Origin: Negaprion brevirostris
Taxonomy: Eukaryota
DNA: 64,000 nucleotides
Direction: 5' to 3'
NCBI GenBank assembly: GCA_030324005.1
Contig: JARDVH010000132.1
Location: 48,977,890 to 49,041,889 of the forward strand
The notes beneath the pieces are model-generated. The model did not search any database. It was not told the origin of the DNA and saw only the letters and a program-made list of their open reading frames with translations. This document shows positions 49,723-63,628 of the stretch, in pieces; positions within the stretch are counted from its first letter, which is position 1, and each line of letters begins with the position of its first letter. Position numbers and translations under genes: made by a program.

Positions 49723-49974
49723 AGTTTATAGTATGCAATAATCTTCTTCCTACAAGTTGACGTAAAGTGCCATTAGGATGGCCAGTTAGAAATAATTTGC
49801 TTAATAAAGTTTTATTTTAATTCTAAAGGAAATCATGAGGATGTGCAATGAAAACTACATTTCCATCCCGTGAAAAATTGACTTGACCTTCCATTATCAA
49901 TGATTAAGTTACTCAGTATAACAGTTGAAACACAGATTATATCCCATGATTTTGTATCACAGGTCTGTGTACAA

Positions 49975-50125
49975 ATGCTAAATACTTGCAGATGTTAGAA
50001 ATCTGTAATACAAACAGAAAATTATGGAAATACTCAACAGCTTTGGCAGCATCTTTGGAGCTAGAGTTAATGTTTTTATTGCTAAAGAATCTGCTGAGTA
50101 TCTCCCAACATTTTCTTTTTTTATT
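49975..50125. mobile_element. PLE family C, inverted pair
   Basis: aatacttgcagatgttagaaatctg...ggcagcatct...gagttaatg, then ctgctgagtatctcccaacattttc. Confidence 0.6.
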
Positions 50126-50539
50126 TCATATGCCAAGTAAAATAACTTGTACGTAAATTTTAATTGATACAGTAACATCAAGCCATGTTATCTCAATGCT
50201 TTTTCAATTATTATGCAATCAAGAAAATAAGAAATATATTTTATGGTGACCACATCATCAGCTATGGTATAAGAATAATCTTGCTTGGTCATTGACCTGA
50301 TGTCAACACAAGATTGTAAATTAAATTGGAATTTGATGGCAATCATTTTAGAAACGTATGAACATAGAATCAAAAGTAGATCATTCAGACCATTTTACCT
50401 CTGTACTTTGGACAGGATTTTCTGGCCCTTCCCGCTGACAGGATCTTCCAGAAGTGCTTCCTGATTTCATTCCTAAATGGCCCAAATACTTTTAGTATTG
50501 TGATCTCTTATCCTTATTTCCCCACCAGAGAGAAAATAA

Positions 50540-51116
50540 GGGCAGTGATTTTCAGTCACCTATATCCCTCTAGGACATGCTGGAAATTTGAACGCGCAAG
50601 CAGGGGGAACAGACTGTTGCATAATCAGGAACCCATTTGCTTCCAAACATTGGCCTAGTAATGGGCCAAAAGGCAGCATTCAATTCATAATTCACCAAAC
50701 CCAAACTGTCTGGTGCATGCTCAGGCATGACTGTTGTGACCAAAAAGGCAGAAAAATTAAGTGATTCCTATTCTTTGAAGTTTTTGGCACTGAGGAATTT
50801 TGTGTCAGGTTGAAAGCAATAGTTTTCATTTGGCCATTTTTATACACTTATGTGAGGTAGTAAATGCTGTCCCCTCTTTTCTACAAGACAGCCAGTAACA
50901 GGCTGCATCCTGGCTGCTGTCTGCCTTTCTAACTTGTGCTTTTCAGGCAGCTCCTGCCTTTTGATAATGGTCAGTGCCACTCATTTGTCACTGAACTTGC
51001 TGCCAATCCAATTAGGGCATTTCAATTTGAAAATTGCATTGCATTGTGTCAGAGATGCAGTGTGGCATTGGGTCTCAAAAATTATTCAGGCATCAGTTGG
51101 ATTGAAAATTAAGCCC
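50540..51116. mobile_element. PIF/Harbinger-type MITE inside an old CR1 3' end (about 50345-51240, minus)
   Basis: TIRs GGGCAGTGATTTTCAGTC / GATTGAAAATTAAGCCC. Confidence 0.55.
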
Positions 51117-51244
51117 AGTCTCTGTAACTGCTCTATAAGATCACTTTATGATTTTAAAAATCTCCTTCAGGTTCCTTTCAACCTTCTGAACTCAAATTGT
51201 TGCTAAACTGAAACTAATTCAACCTCAATGCTCAATTTAAAAGG

Positions 51245-51545
51245 GAGACTGGCATCCTGGTGGCACATTAGTTAGCACTGCTGCCTTACAGCGCCAGAGA
51301 CCCGGGTTCGATTCCTGGCTTCGGTCAGTATCTGTGCAGAGTTTGCATGTTCTCCCTGTGTCTGTGTGGGTTTCCTCCGGATGCTCTGTTTTCCTCCCAC
51401 AGTTTGAAGGATGTGTTGGCTATGTTCAATTCTCCCTCAATGCACCCGAACAGACGGCAGAGTGTGGTGACTAGGGGATTTTCACAATAACTTAATTGCA
51501 GTGTTAATGGAAGCTTACTTGTGACACTAATAAATAAGCTTAAAA
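51245..51545 (+). mobile_element. Full-length V-SINE with the alternative (Rex-like) tail
   Basis: B box GGTTCGATTCC at 51305-51315; V-core; tail ttttcacaataac...cttgtgacactaataaataagc. Confidence 0.9.
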
Positions 51546-52369
51546 AGATTTCAGGTCAGGTTTCCCCCCTGTGATTGCTGTTCAATGCCTCCAGAAAAAT
51601 ACCTGGCGAATACTAACCATTATCTATTTGGGCTTGCCTGTGACGCCCCAATTCAGATATTTTACACACCTATATGCCTGGACTTGTACAGATAGCCACT
51701 TTGGCGATGTTGTGCAGGATTAATGATATCCATAAGATTATGCAACAGTCTGAGTTACTGTCATCAGGAAGGGAGAAAATAAAACGATCAGTTCTGATAT
51801 AAAAGAACACAAAAATGCTTGGTTTATAATTAAGTAGCTCAAAGATTCTGTGAGGTTTGCCAAGTATATAATAGTTACTTTTGATCCTACTATTTTTCAT
51901 TTTGTAAACTATGACATTTACTAATTTTGTGTTGTTATGTGCTCTATAGGTGAGAATAATGAAAACCAGCAAATAAAAATGCTTTCAGAATTGGACAGTG
52001 GAAAATACAGCTCTTACAGGTATATTTTCCATCTACAAAAAATAGATAACCACATCGTTCCTAGGATAATATTATTCTGAAACAATATTGGAATAAAAGT
52101 TGTTGCTTTTTGATTTATTCTGAAATGATGCTTGATCTTGTATTAGAACTATCTTACTGTTCCATACACCCAAATACCTTGTTAAGGTTATTAAAGATAG
52201 GAAATGGGATGTAAAATGCATTTAGAATATTGAAAATTTGAAACACGAAACTGTCAAAATGCAGATATCTTTCTGTATAGCATGCTAGTGTCATAGTAGA
52301 CAAGATAAGGTATTATTGACTTACAATATTTTATACTTCTACGTTAGATTCAAAGGAAGGAACGGCTAA

Positions 52370-53520
52370 TTTTAAAGGAAACCGGGGAGAGATAGCAAAG
52401 GGTCTGTTATCCACGTTTAATAATTTGTTATAAAAATATAATGTCAAAGAATTGGTACATATTTAATGTTGTAAGTAATTTTAAGGTAGATGATAAAATC
52501 TCCCAGGGAACCACAGACCATTTGGTTTAACATTGGTGATAAGAAAAATAATAGAATTACTAAATAGGGAAACATTTGGAAACCAAAAATATAAAAATAA
52601 ATAGCAAGCATGGATTTCAAAAGAGAAGGCTTTGCCCGATCAGTCTCCTTAAATTCTTTGGCGAGATAACAGAGAATAGACTGAGGTAATACAAATGTAG
52701 ATGTAATTTATCTAGATTCCCAAAAAATTTTCAGTAAGTTGGCACATAATAGATTAATAGTTAACCTCAGAGCATTCAGAATTAGGAGACAAGTAGCAGA
52801 ATGGGTAGCTACCTGGCTGTAAGACAGATAGCAGAGACTAAGGGAGGTAGGAGGTGGAAAGTGAAGTTCCAAATGGATCGATGTTTGAACCACTGCAGTT
52901 CACAATTTCTGTTAATGATTTTGACTTTGGAATTCCTAAACTTGCAAACGACACTAATCAGTTGGGGTAGTTAACACTGAACTGGCTGGTAATAACGTGC
53001 AAGAAGACATTTACAAACTTGCAAAATGAACATTTAATTGACAAATGAGTTTCAATGTGGATGTGTTATATTTTGGCAAGGAAAATTACCAAATATGTTA
53101 CTATATTAAATACTACGATTATTATAAAAATATTAAGAAAATTAAAGGAATCTGAGTGTACAACTGCAAAGATCACCAAAAGTTGCAACATAGGTAAATT
53201 AAGCCACAACCAATGCCAGCCACACCCTAGGGTTTATTTTTGGAGAGAGAGAAATGAAAAGTAAGTTGTTTAGCAAAACCTCTGTCGACCTTCAGATAGA
53301 CTGCACCTGCAGTGCAGCGACTGTTCTGATACCCGTATTATGAAAAAGATATATGTGCAAAAATAAATTTACAAAGATGATACCGGAACTGTGAGGTTAT
53401 CAGTAAAGGATGAAAAACAGCCTTGGATCTTTTTGCTCTTGAAGAGTGAGCTAATAAAAGATCTTTAAAATTATTAATCATTTCCATAGAGTGGACACAG
53501 TGCTTCTCCCCTGTGTAGAG
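52370..53520 (+). mobile_element. Old CR1 LINE RT and 3' region
   Basis: HGFQKRRLCPISLLKFFGEIT, VDVIYLDSQKIFSK and KLANDT remnants. Confidence 0.75.
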
Positions 53521-53544
53521 AAGTACTATTAAGTTCATACTTTC

Positions 53545-53865
53545 TTTTTCACGTTCTTAGAATCTCCAAAAGCAATTTACAGCCAATGATGTACTTTTGC
53601 AATGTAGTCACTGTTAAAATGTAGGGAATTGCATGATTATTTGTGCACTGCAAGGGCCAACAAATGGCAATTGAATAATTACCAGATAATCTGTTTTGAA
53701 TATTGGTTGAAGGATAAATGTTGTTTAATACAACAGGAAAATTGTCCTTTTCTTCATTGATTTGCGGCATCTTCCATACACCATTTATTAACGACAGCAT
53801 TGACAGTGCAGCAATCCATCAGTGAAGCACTCAAAATCAACCGAGATCTTATGCTTGAATCTCTA
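53545..53865 (-). mobile_element. DeuSINE-like remnant
   Basis: cagccaatgatgtacttttg...accagataatctgtttt...gaaggataaat...gacagtgcagca...tcagtgaagcact. Confidence 0.65.
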
Positions 53866-53904
53866 TTTAAAATTATGGCAGTAAATGTCTAAAACGGATG
53901 GATT

Positions 53905-54900
53905 TCAAAGAACCACATAGTTAGGAACATAGTGTCCTATGTTCCTCCCATGAGTTTGTTAATCTATACTTGATCAGCATCAGATGCCATTTGCGAAAGA
54001 GAATTTCAAACTTCAACCACCTTTGCTTGTAGGAGTGTTTCCTCATTTCACTCTCTCAAAGTCTGATTTTAATTTTTAGAACGTCTCCTTAGTCCTAGAT
54101 ACCACAAGAATTTCTTGAAAAGTTTAATCAAATCACCCCCACTTACCATCTAATTTCCAGGGAATACAACCTTAGTTCGTGCAATCTCTCCCTGTAATTT
54201 AAGCCTCCGGGTCCAGGTATAATTCCAGTAAATGTATGCTACACTTTCTCAGGGTCAGTATACCCTTACTGAGGTGTGGTGACCAGACCTACTCGTAGAG
54301 TTCCAGGTATAGTTTAACCAGGGCTTTGTGTAGTTGACTGATTACCATTATGCCTTTACTCTTGTTTCCTAGGTGTAAAGGTCAGCCTGCTATTAATTTG
54401 CCACTTTTATTATTTTTAAATGTTAATGGCATTTTAATGTTATGTACTACTTGATGACCCCCTACCTCCACCCTTTTAGGAAGCACATAATAATATTTGT
54501 GGACATTGCCTTGACTACTACCTGAGTTATGTTTTCAAAAAATTCCATTGAGCTTATCAGACACAACTTACTCTTTACAGTCCATGTTGGCTCAATCTAG
54601 TCAGTTGAAAATCGTCAAGGTGTTTAGTCATCCTATTCTAATTGAACCTGGTAATTTCCTGACAACAAATGTTAGACTGACTGATTTGAAATCCCATGGT
54701 TTCCCACTGTCAACTTACTTAATAGCTGAGTTTTCCAATCTTAGAGGAAAGGTTCCCAAATTGACAACTTTGCAAGGTTATAATTCAGACACCTGCAAAG
54801 TTCTCACCTATTTCCTTCCCGGGGTTGGGAGATAATGAGACCCAAGAATCTGTCACTTTTTTAGTGCTATTATTTTCTTTATTACTTTTGTTTTGCTTGT
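53905..54900 (-). mobile_element. Old CR1 fragments (3' end and RT)
   Basis: Tail acatagttaggaacatag; gttagactgactgatt corresponds to the YRPVSLT region on the minus strand. Confidence 0.6.
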
Positions 54901-54904
54901 GTAG

Positions 54905-57115
54905 TACGACCTGAAAACTAGAATGTTAAATTTCAACAAAGGAAACTGTCAAGATATGATGGCTGTGGTCGATTAGGAAACTGCATTAAAATGTATGACA
55001 ATAGACGGGCAATAACTAGCATTTAAAGAAATAATAAATAGTTTACCAGAAATATACATTCTGAGGTACAGAAATCAAATTGCAAAAGTGATCTTTTGCT
55101 AACAGGAGAATTTAAAGATTGCAGTAGCTCACAGGAAAAGGCTTATAACATGATTGGGTACATTTTAGAGTTCAGCAAAAGACGACAAAGAAACTAATAG
55201 TGAAAGGGAAATGGAACATGAAAAAGTTGACAACAATAAATATAAAAATGGACTGTAAAAGCTTCTATAGATATGTAAAAAGGATAAGTTTAGCAAAGAC
55301 AAATGTGGGTCCATTACCGGCAGAGGAACAAGAATTTATAATGTGGAATAAAAAAATGGCAGAGAAACTAAATACATACTTTGTAACTGTTTTCTCGGAG
55401 GAAGATTCANNNNNNNNNNNNGGGACCAGTGCATATAAAGAACTGCAAGAAATTGTGAAAAAAAGCAGTACTGGAGAAATTAGTGGGACTGAAAATTGAT
55501 AAATCCCTGGACTTGATCATCTACACCCTGAGTGTTGAAAGAGGTGACTGTAAAGGTAGTGGATGCAAAATTCTATAGACTAAAGTTTGGAAGAAAGCAA
55601 ATGTGACCCAACTATTTGGGAAAGGAGGGCTGAGAAAAAATGGAGAACTACAGATCTGTTAACTTGACTGAGGAGGGAAAATGCTAGAATTTATTGTAAA
55701 GCATGCGGATAACTAGACACTTAGAAATTAACAGTAGGATTGGGCAGAGTCAACATGAATTTATGAAAGGGAAATCATGTTTGACAAATCTGTTGAAATT
55801 TTTTGAGGATGTAACTAGCAGAATAGATGAAAAGGAACCAGTGGATATGGTGTACTTAGATGTTCTGAAGACTTTTGCTATGACCTACGCACAAGGTTAA
55901 TAAGCAACCTGGATTCAGGAGATTGAGGGTAATATACTGTCATGGATTCGGAATTAGCTATAGGACATTAAAAAAGAGACTATGATTAAATGGGTAATTT
56001 GCTGCTTGGCAGGCTGTGACTAGTGGGGTACTGCAAGGTTTAGTGCTTGTGTCCCAGCCATTTACAATCTGTATCAATGATTTTGATGTGGGAGCCAAAA
56101 GTAATGGCTGGAATTCTCTGGTTCACGCCCCACCGCCGCTGCTAGCGAAGAAGAAGAATTTAGAGCTCAAGTCAAAATTCTGTTCACTGCAGTGAGACTA
56201 GATAATCCTGCTTGTGTGAAGACCAGAGATTCCTATCCGATTTTTCCAACCAGGTGGGACGTAAATTGTGAGGAGGATGCAAAAGGGTTTTAGACAGGCT
56301 AAATGAGTGGGCAAGAACATAGCATGTGGAATATAATGTAGAAAAATGTGAAGTTATCCACTCAGGTAGGAAAAACCAAAAATGCAGAGCATTTCTTAGC
56401 TGGCCAGAGATTGGGAAGTTGATATCTGAAGAAACCTGAATATCCTCGTCCATAAGTCACTGAAAGCTAATATGTTGGTTCAGCAAACAATTAGGAAAGC
56501 ATACATTACCCTTTGTTGAAAGAGGATTTGAGTATAGGAGTAAAGGTGTCTTGTCACAATTGTATAGTACCTTGGTGAGACTGTCCTGGAGCATTGTGTA
56601 CAACTTAGATTGTCTTACCCTAGGAAGCGTATACTTGCCGAAAAGGGAGTACAGCCACGATTCACCAGACAGATTCCTAGGATGTCAGGATTGTCCTAAG
56701 AGAAATGATTGAGGAGTCTGGGCCTGTCTAGTGTTCAAATGAATGAGAGGTGTCTCATTGAAGTGCACACGTTTCTTACTGGGCCTGACAGAGTAAATGT
56801 AGGAAGGACGAGTTGTGGGTGTCTAGAACCAAGGGACACAGATTCAATAAGATGTTAAGCAATCTAGGACTGAGATTACTAGGAATTCTTTCACTGATGG
56901 TGGTGAATCTTTGGAATTCTTTATTCCAGGGCGCTTTGGAGACTCAGTAATTGAATATGTTCACTAGAGAGATTGATAGATTTCTAGATATTAAAGCCCT
57001 CAAGGCATATGGAGCTAGTGCAGGAAAATAGTATTGAGACAGAAGACCAGCCGTGATTTAATTGAATGATGGAGCAGGCTTGAAGGACTGAATGGCGTAT
57101 TTCCTATGCTTATGA
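54905..57115 (+). mobile_element. Degraded CR1 LINE ORF2 to 3' tail (about 2.2 kb) with a MITE at about 56105-56262
   Basis: NIKMDCKSFYRYVKR..KTNVGPL; QSQHEFMKGKSCLTNLLKFFEDVTSRID..PVDMVYLD; tail ggagcaggcttgaaggactgaatggc. Confidence 0.92.
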
Positions 57116-57451
57116 TAGTAAGAGCAACAGTCATCAACCAAGAGTTTTTTTTTGGGGCAGTAGTGGGGGACGGTATCTGATTAATTGGAATGATGGTGCA
57201 TTTGGTGAACATTTAATGGCGACAGATGTGGGAAGGAGGCAGGACTGCTCAAGTGTGGGCCTGATTCAGACAGATCTTGGCAACCATTATGTGATTTCAT
57301 TTGAATGCTTGAAGTTATACTTGCAAGGCATTATATTATATGTAAATTGGGNNNNNNNNNNNNNNNNNNNNNNNNNNNNNNNNNNNNNNNNNNNNNNNNN
57401 NNNNNNNNNNNNNNNNNNNNNNNNNNNNNNNNNNNNNNNNNNNNNNNNNNN

Positions 57452-57910
57452 AGTCCTGCTGTGTCATTCTTATGATCATGGATGATCATCCACCCAGATC
57501 CCGTCTTCCCCCCATATCCTTTGATCCCTTTCACCTCAAATGCCATAACTAACAGCCTCTTGGAAACGTTCAGGGTGGGATTTTCTGGCCGCGCTCATCC
57601 CGGAAATTCCTGCCTGAGGTCAACGGATCTTTGCACGTTCGGGGAATTTTCTCGCCCACTCACTATGATTCCCGTGACAGGTGGGACGAGAAAATTCTAC
57701 ACTCAGTATTTTGGCCTCAACTATTTTGTGTGGGAGCAAATTCCACAGGCTGAACACTCTCTGATTGAAGAAATTTCTCCTTATCTCTGTCCTAAACATA
57801 TCCTCAGACTGCGACCCCTGGTTCTAGATACCCCCAAACATCAGGAACATCCTCCTTGCAGCCACCCTGTCTAAACCTGTGAGAGTTTTATAGGTTTCTA
57901 TGAGATTGTG
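57452..57910 (-). mobile_element. CR1 3' end
   Basis: cccccatatcctttgatccc; ctcagactgcgacccctggttctaga (SRTRGRSL on the minus strand). Confidence 0.8.
57573..57702. mobile_element. 130-bp PIF/Harbinger-type MITE with 3-bp TSD
   Basis: TIRs GGGTGGGATTTTCT / AGAAAATTCTACAC; TCA duplicated at 57570-57572 and 57703-57705. Confidence 0.75.
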
Positions 57911-58077
57911 AAGATATCTGGAAAAAGTGAACCCAAGGGGAGGGTCCCACAATGTCATAGTGGAGGGTTAGGCTTGGCAGCAACTTAGCTTTGTTTGAAG
58001 ATCAGGGCACCTTTCTTAAAGACTGTCTTGATACAAAATGTTAAAAAAATAATTCAACCCCCCCCCCCCCCCAAAGC

Positions 58078-58385
58078 AAGATGATTGATGAGGGCAGGGT
58101 GGTGGTTGTTGTCTACATGGAGTTTATCAAGGCCTTTGACAAGGTCCCTCATGGCAGGCTGATACAGAAGGTGAAGTCGCATGGGATCATTAGTGAGCTG
58201 GTAAGGTGGATACAGAACTGGCTTGGTCATAGAAGACAGAAACATCGAAGACAAGAGCAGGAAGAGGCCATTTGTCTCTTTGAGCCTGCTCCACCATTCA
58301 ATACAATCATGGCTGAGCATCCAACTCAAAAGCCTAATCCTCCTTTTACCCCATAACCTTTGATCCCTTTCGCCTCAAGTGCTAT
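58078..58385. mobile_element. CR1 RT fragment (+, 58078-58240) joined to a CR1 3' tail (-, 58240-58385)
   Basis: MIDEGRVVVVVYMEFIKAFDKVPHGRLIQKVKSHGI; gagcaggaagaggccatt...gagcctgctccaccattcaat. Confidence 0.8.
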
Positions 58386-59337
58386 AATAGATGAGAGATG
58401 TATCTCTTTGACTGGAAACTGTTTCCCTCCCGCATCTGGCTTTTATAGTTTGCCAATCACACAAATGATCTGCCTGTGATATTCACTGGTGTGCATGGAA
58501 GCCTGTAACCTGATCTCAAAAATGTCATCCTCTGCCCTCTTCCTCATGACAACATGCATCTAAGTGGAAATTCTAATAAACTATGTTTGATCCAAACTTG
58601 CTTTCATCTTAGAAACTAAAGAGTCATTTATAAATAATATTTATACATAACTGTTTATAACCCAATATCAACAACCACTTTCTGTGACTTTGGGAGGCTT
58701 AGTAAACTGAGAACTGCTGCCAAAGATACCTTGCACCTCCTTCTCAGAATTACAATTTGAGCAACCTCAGCCTTTCTTTGACCTATGGCAAATTACCCAC
58801 TCATGTTTACTCTAAGGTAGACTTTAGATTCCATATTTATCTTAAATTTAAAGCTACAGTCCAAACCATAATAATCTTTTAAACATCATTACTGTAACAA
58901 CTACATAAACAAGTTTCTCTAAACTTAAACAAGTAGGTTGATTGTCAGATCTGCTTTTTGCCTTTGTATCTATAGTTACCCACCTACACATTAACACCAT
59001 CTGAATAGGTCTGAAATTATTACAGAGATAATTATATCTCAGGCCTTCTTGTCTTCACCATATGTGAATTAGCCACACCATCTGGTCTTTTTCAATCCTC
59101 ACAGGCTTCAAGAATGAGGATGCAGTAGGAATAACTGTCAATAATTTGGTATTCCAACAGTGAAAATCCCTTCTTCTTATTGGAGAACATTTAACTTTCA
59201 AAATTAGACACATTTTGACTAATGGATACTCTGTCTTTGGATGCAATCGAGATTTTTCAACTAACTTCTGTACGCGTTCATGCTGGACTAACCAATTGGA
59301 CAAGAAATGTCCTAATAAGCCAATTTTTGTACATGTT

Positions 59338-59532
59338 GTAAACAAAAGCAGAAACTGGTGGACATGCTCAGCAGGTCAGGTAGGATCTGTGGAGAGATGA
59401 AAGATCGTCAACCTGAAACGTGAACTCAGTTTCTCTCTTCACAGTTCAGAACACTCTTCCTGTTCTGCTGAGTATTGCCAGCATTTCTCCTTTTTAAATT
59501 AGATTTCCAGCCTGCACAGCATTTTGCTTTTG
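59338..59532. mobile_element. PLE family C, inverted pair with a hammerhead remnant (59396-59426, +)
   Basis: ctcagcaggtcagg...ctgtggaga, then GATGA-AAGATCGTCAACCT-GAAA-CG-TG-AAC and ctgctgagtattgccagcatt...agatttccagc. Confidence 0.65.
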
Positions 59533-59549
59533 TAGCATTGTGGCTTATT

Positions 59550-59892
59550 TCATAGAATCCCCACAGTGCAGAAGGAGGCTGTTTAGTCTATCAAGTCACC
59601 GTATGTCCGACAGAGAATCCCACCCAGGCCCTTTCCCATAACCTGCATACTTATCTCGTTAATCCCCCTAACCTACACATCTTGGGACACTAAGGGGCAA
59701 TTTAACATGGCCAGTCAACCTAACCTGCACATTTTTGGACTGTGGGAGGAAACCGGAGCACCCGGAGGAAACCCACGCAGACACGGGGAGAGAACTCAAA
59801 CTCCACAGACTGTCATCTGAGGCAAGAATTGAAGCCAGGTCCCTGGCGCTGTGAGATAGCAATGCTAACCACTGTGCCTCATGCCACCCGTG
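59550..59892 (-). mobile_element. Full-length HE1 V-SINE
   Basis: Colinear with 35950-36286; B box degraded. Confidence 0.92.
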
Positions 59893-60124
59893 TCCTTTAG
59901 GGAAATGAGCTGTTTCTGTGTCACATCCACATTATCTTTTGAATACTTCCTACTGAAGTTCTGTCATTTTGCCCATTAGCAGACGTGCCCACATTTGTCC
60001 CCCTGCGCTAGACATCCACGTTCCCTACCCCACCCTTCCAGCATTTACTCTGTCAAGCCCAGTGAGAAATGTGTGTTTCAGTGAGACACCTGTCCTTGAT
60101 GGCCTTACTTAAATCTAGAACTTC

Positions 60125-60275
60125 AGTAAAACAAAAATACTGCAGATGCTGGAAATCTGAAATAAAAACAAAGGAAATACTTAGCAGGTCTGGTCCCATC
60201 TGTGGAGATAATCCATAGATTTAGCAACATCAGTGGAGAGAAAAACAAGAGTTAACATTTGAAGTCAAATAGAAA
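60125..60275. mobile_element. PLE family C terminal fragment
   Basis: aaaaatactgcagatgctggaaatctgaaataaaaaca...gtggagagaaaaacaagagttaacatt, with a short internal duplication. Confidence 0.7.
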
Positions 60276-63200
60276 TTTAGTAGATCTTACACATTTCTCA
60301 GTTTCAAGCACTATAATAACCCAATAATATAATTACTATTAGATAAATGGTCATGCACTATCTAACAGTTGACAGTTAACAAAATGTGCCCCATAACTCA
60401 TCATTCAATCTAATATGGCACAACCTTTGTTGGCTCAATGGCATATTGTTCTATAAGGCTATCTGGACACTCACAAAGTCATTGTTTCTGATGTGATAGT
60501 TACTAAAAATAACACTTTTAAAAATGCTAATTAATCCAAAAAAACTAACTTTTTATCACAAGATACAGTCTATGGTTTACTAAAATAAGATGCTTAGGAG
60601 TTATTTCCATAGTTGTGAATAATGATGACTTGCTTTTGAATTAGTGTACAATCTGAGAATTTAATTATGAAATAATGGGAATCAGGTGTATCAATTTACC
60701 TGAAACTAGCCACCCTGTAAGGTTGATTCAGTTAGCAGAACAGGAAATGTGTAAAAACAGAAGTATCATCGGCGTGAGGAATGCCATTGTGTAAGCACAC
60801 AACTTTATTATAAAAGTGATACAGAATCTTAATCATCTTCCCTTTCAAGCAGTTACTGATAGCCATTAGATTTCCAATTATTTGCCTTAAAAGATATCCT
60901 GGTGCCTGTATATGTAGCTTTCTATTTGTCCCAAAATAACCTTTATTTATAGATGCTATTACGCACAGTAGATATCTAATTATATTAACATACTACAGGT
61001 TTGAAACATTGAGTGTGATTGGAGGTTGCATTATCCCTGCATTTGTAGTTTATTTTGAACAAAGCTGGTGTATATATCTTTTATGCAGTGATGTTAACCA
61101 AATTACATGGTAATCAATCTTGCCTTGGTACAGTTTGACAAGGTGGAGCAGTGAAGGAGGGATGAAAACTAGCTTTAAAGTAAAATGATTAATTTACAGT
61201 ATTGTATCATTTTAGCAAGTGATACTTGTATTATAAACCACCAAGCATAGTGTCCCAAGGGAGACAAATCCTTACAGATTCTTTACGTTAGAATTCACAC
61301 GAATTGTCAACATTTCTACTTACACAATATTAGTTACTGACAGAAGATCTTGTTAAAATGTGGAGGTTTTTTTTAAATGGCTGTATTTGGACATGAGAAT
61401 TAAGTATGGTACGTTATCTAAGGATAATACAAAAAGTAACCAAGCAAAATTTGCCAATAGAGCTGCATAATAGTCCAAATATACAGAAGAAATGTCATGT
61501 ACTGACCAGGTTTGTGGCATAAGTGACAAATTGATCGTTTCAGTGAATATTTTCATGGCAAATTTCCAGCAGACTTACAAGGAGAAGGTTCTTACTGTAC
61601 TGAAGTTTTATACTTTTAGCATTTCTGTTCATTAATCACTTGTCAATATTTGTAGTGAGTTTTAAAAGAATGTGTACATGACAAGCAAATTCATGCACAC
61701 CAAGGAACACAGTACTGTCAAATGTTACACTTAGTCAGAAGATCTTGGTTCCATCACGCCTTACACCAAATGACTATGTTCAATGGATTAATTCAATGTT
61801 CCATTACTTATCTCTAAATCTACAGTTACTCTACCTGATTCACTCATTAATTCTGCATTTGCAACCTTATCAGCACCCCTAGAGAATATAATTGATGCCT
61901 CTTCGCAGACAACTGTCTATTTAACTGAAGTGTCCTGTAGATAAATATACATTAGTTGCAATCAGCTGTTTGCAGAGAAGTGATGATTATGTTCTTCAGT
62001 GTGAGCCATTCAAAGTTATAAAATTATTTTTAAAAATTCTTAGATTAATTATTTTTAAATATACCTTGAAGACTACATTTTAGACAGTTAATCTAAAAAA
62101 ATTGCTTAATGTTTGCCTGCTGAAACTTGTCTTAAAATACTGCAACATCTCATTATGTCTTTAAGATTAAGTGGCTCCAAAACTAACCATACTCTTCTCA
62201 CTTCTATTTTGCAACAGTTCCATGTTGTTTTGAAATGGTTTTTTTTTAATGACCATTCCTATTTCTGGTTTGTATTTATTTCAGTTTGTATCAGTTTTTT
62301 TTGCATAGTTTGTGAAGTGTTTTTCTGGATGCATGGGAAATGGGCGTGTAACAGGGTCTCTATCAATAGAAGAATGAACTGTGTTGCATTCCAACAATTA
62401 AGGTATTGAGGATGATGAAGATGACCAAAAGCTTTATTACACAAGATAATCAGGACAGGTCAACCAACAAAATTGTATTAACCATCTACACAGCCTAATA
62501 ATCTCAAAATTAAACATACTGGATCAGTGTAAATGCCCGTAAATCCCATTTTATGTTGGTGTGAGAAAAAGGCTATGGAACAGTACAAACAATACCTCCT
62601 GACCAATTCACACAAGTATTACAAGATGCATTCTTTTCTTTGTCACTGGTGTTTTACATCTGTTGTGCCTCATTTCCAGGTCTAGTATTCCTCTCTGTTC
62701 CCAAACCTACATATTTGGGAGGAATATTGCCAGTGATTCTGTCAGAGGGGTTTAGAAACTTCTTTACTTGAGATTAAATTTTTCCTTTGTTATATACTTA
62801 TGTGTAAAAATTCCTCCACAGTTAGGCACATTCCATCCAATTAATCTATCTGCAGGCTTGTTTTAAAGAGGCACACTTGAACATGTAATCAAATCTAAGA
62901 ATCATCCAAAGATGTGAGTGAGGGAGGAACCTTTTTAAAATTAATTTTTTACCAGAGCTTCCCATGTGAGGCAAGGTACAGTAGTTGAAGTTGCATATAT
63001 CTCTATTTAATAAAACTTTAAAATATGAATTAATAAAATAATGAATGCAGAACTTAATGCTCAACTTGTCAATTTGAGTAGCCAAATTCGCTGTCAATTA
63101 AAGCCAAGTTTAGAACTCAAGCCTCTGTTCTGCATTGAAAAGCTGCACTAATTTGGCATAGTGAGTTTCAGCCTTTTTTTTAATATATAACCTTGGAAGT

Positions 63201-63628
63201 ATATTTTGTTGAGTTAAATTTTCCATTTCCCTGTTGTTAGTATCCAGTGAGAGCATAATCCTTGGCACAAAAGAAATTGCAGAACTAGTATACCAATTCT
63301 CTGCCCATTTAAATTGTCCCAAGATTTTTAGGGCTTATGAGGGATAGTGCAGAGCTTATATTTGCAGTAATTACAGGCAATACCATAATGATGAGTATAA
63401 GACTGTTTATAACCCTCCCACATTCATTTCCTGTGATTGTATCCAGGCTCCCATTTCTAAAGGGGGCCCAAAAAGCTGGCAGTGGTTTCTGTGCCAGAAG
63501 CCTCTCTATTTAGAGGTTCTGAGGGAACCTTGAGGCAAAATGCAGAAGGGCCAATAGGTAAATGACCTTCCTTTGTTGGATCTATCAGTGTTGGATGATT
63601 TCTATATTCCATTTGCAAGAATGTCCTG

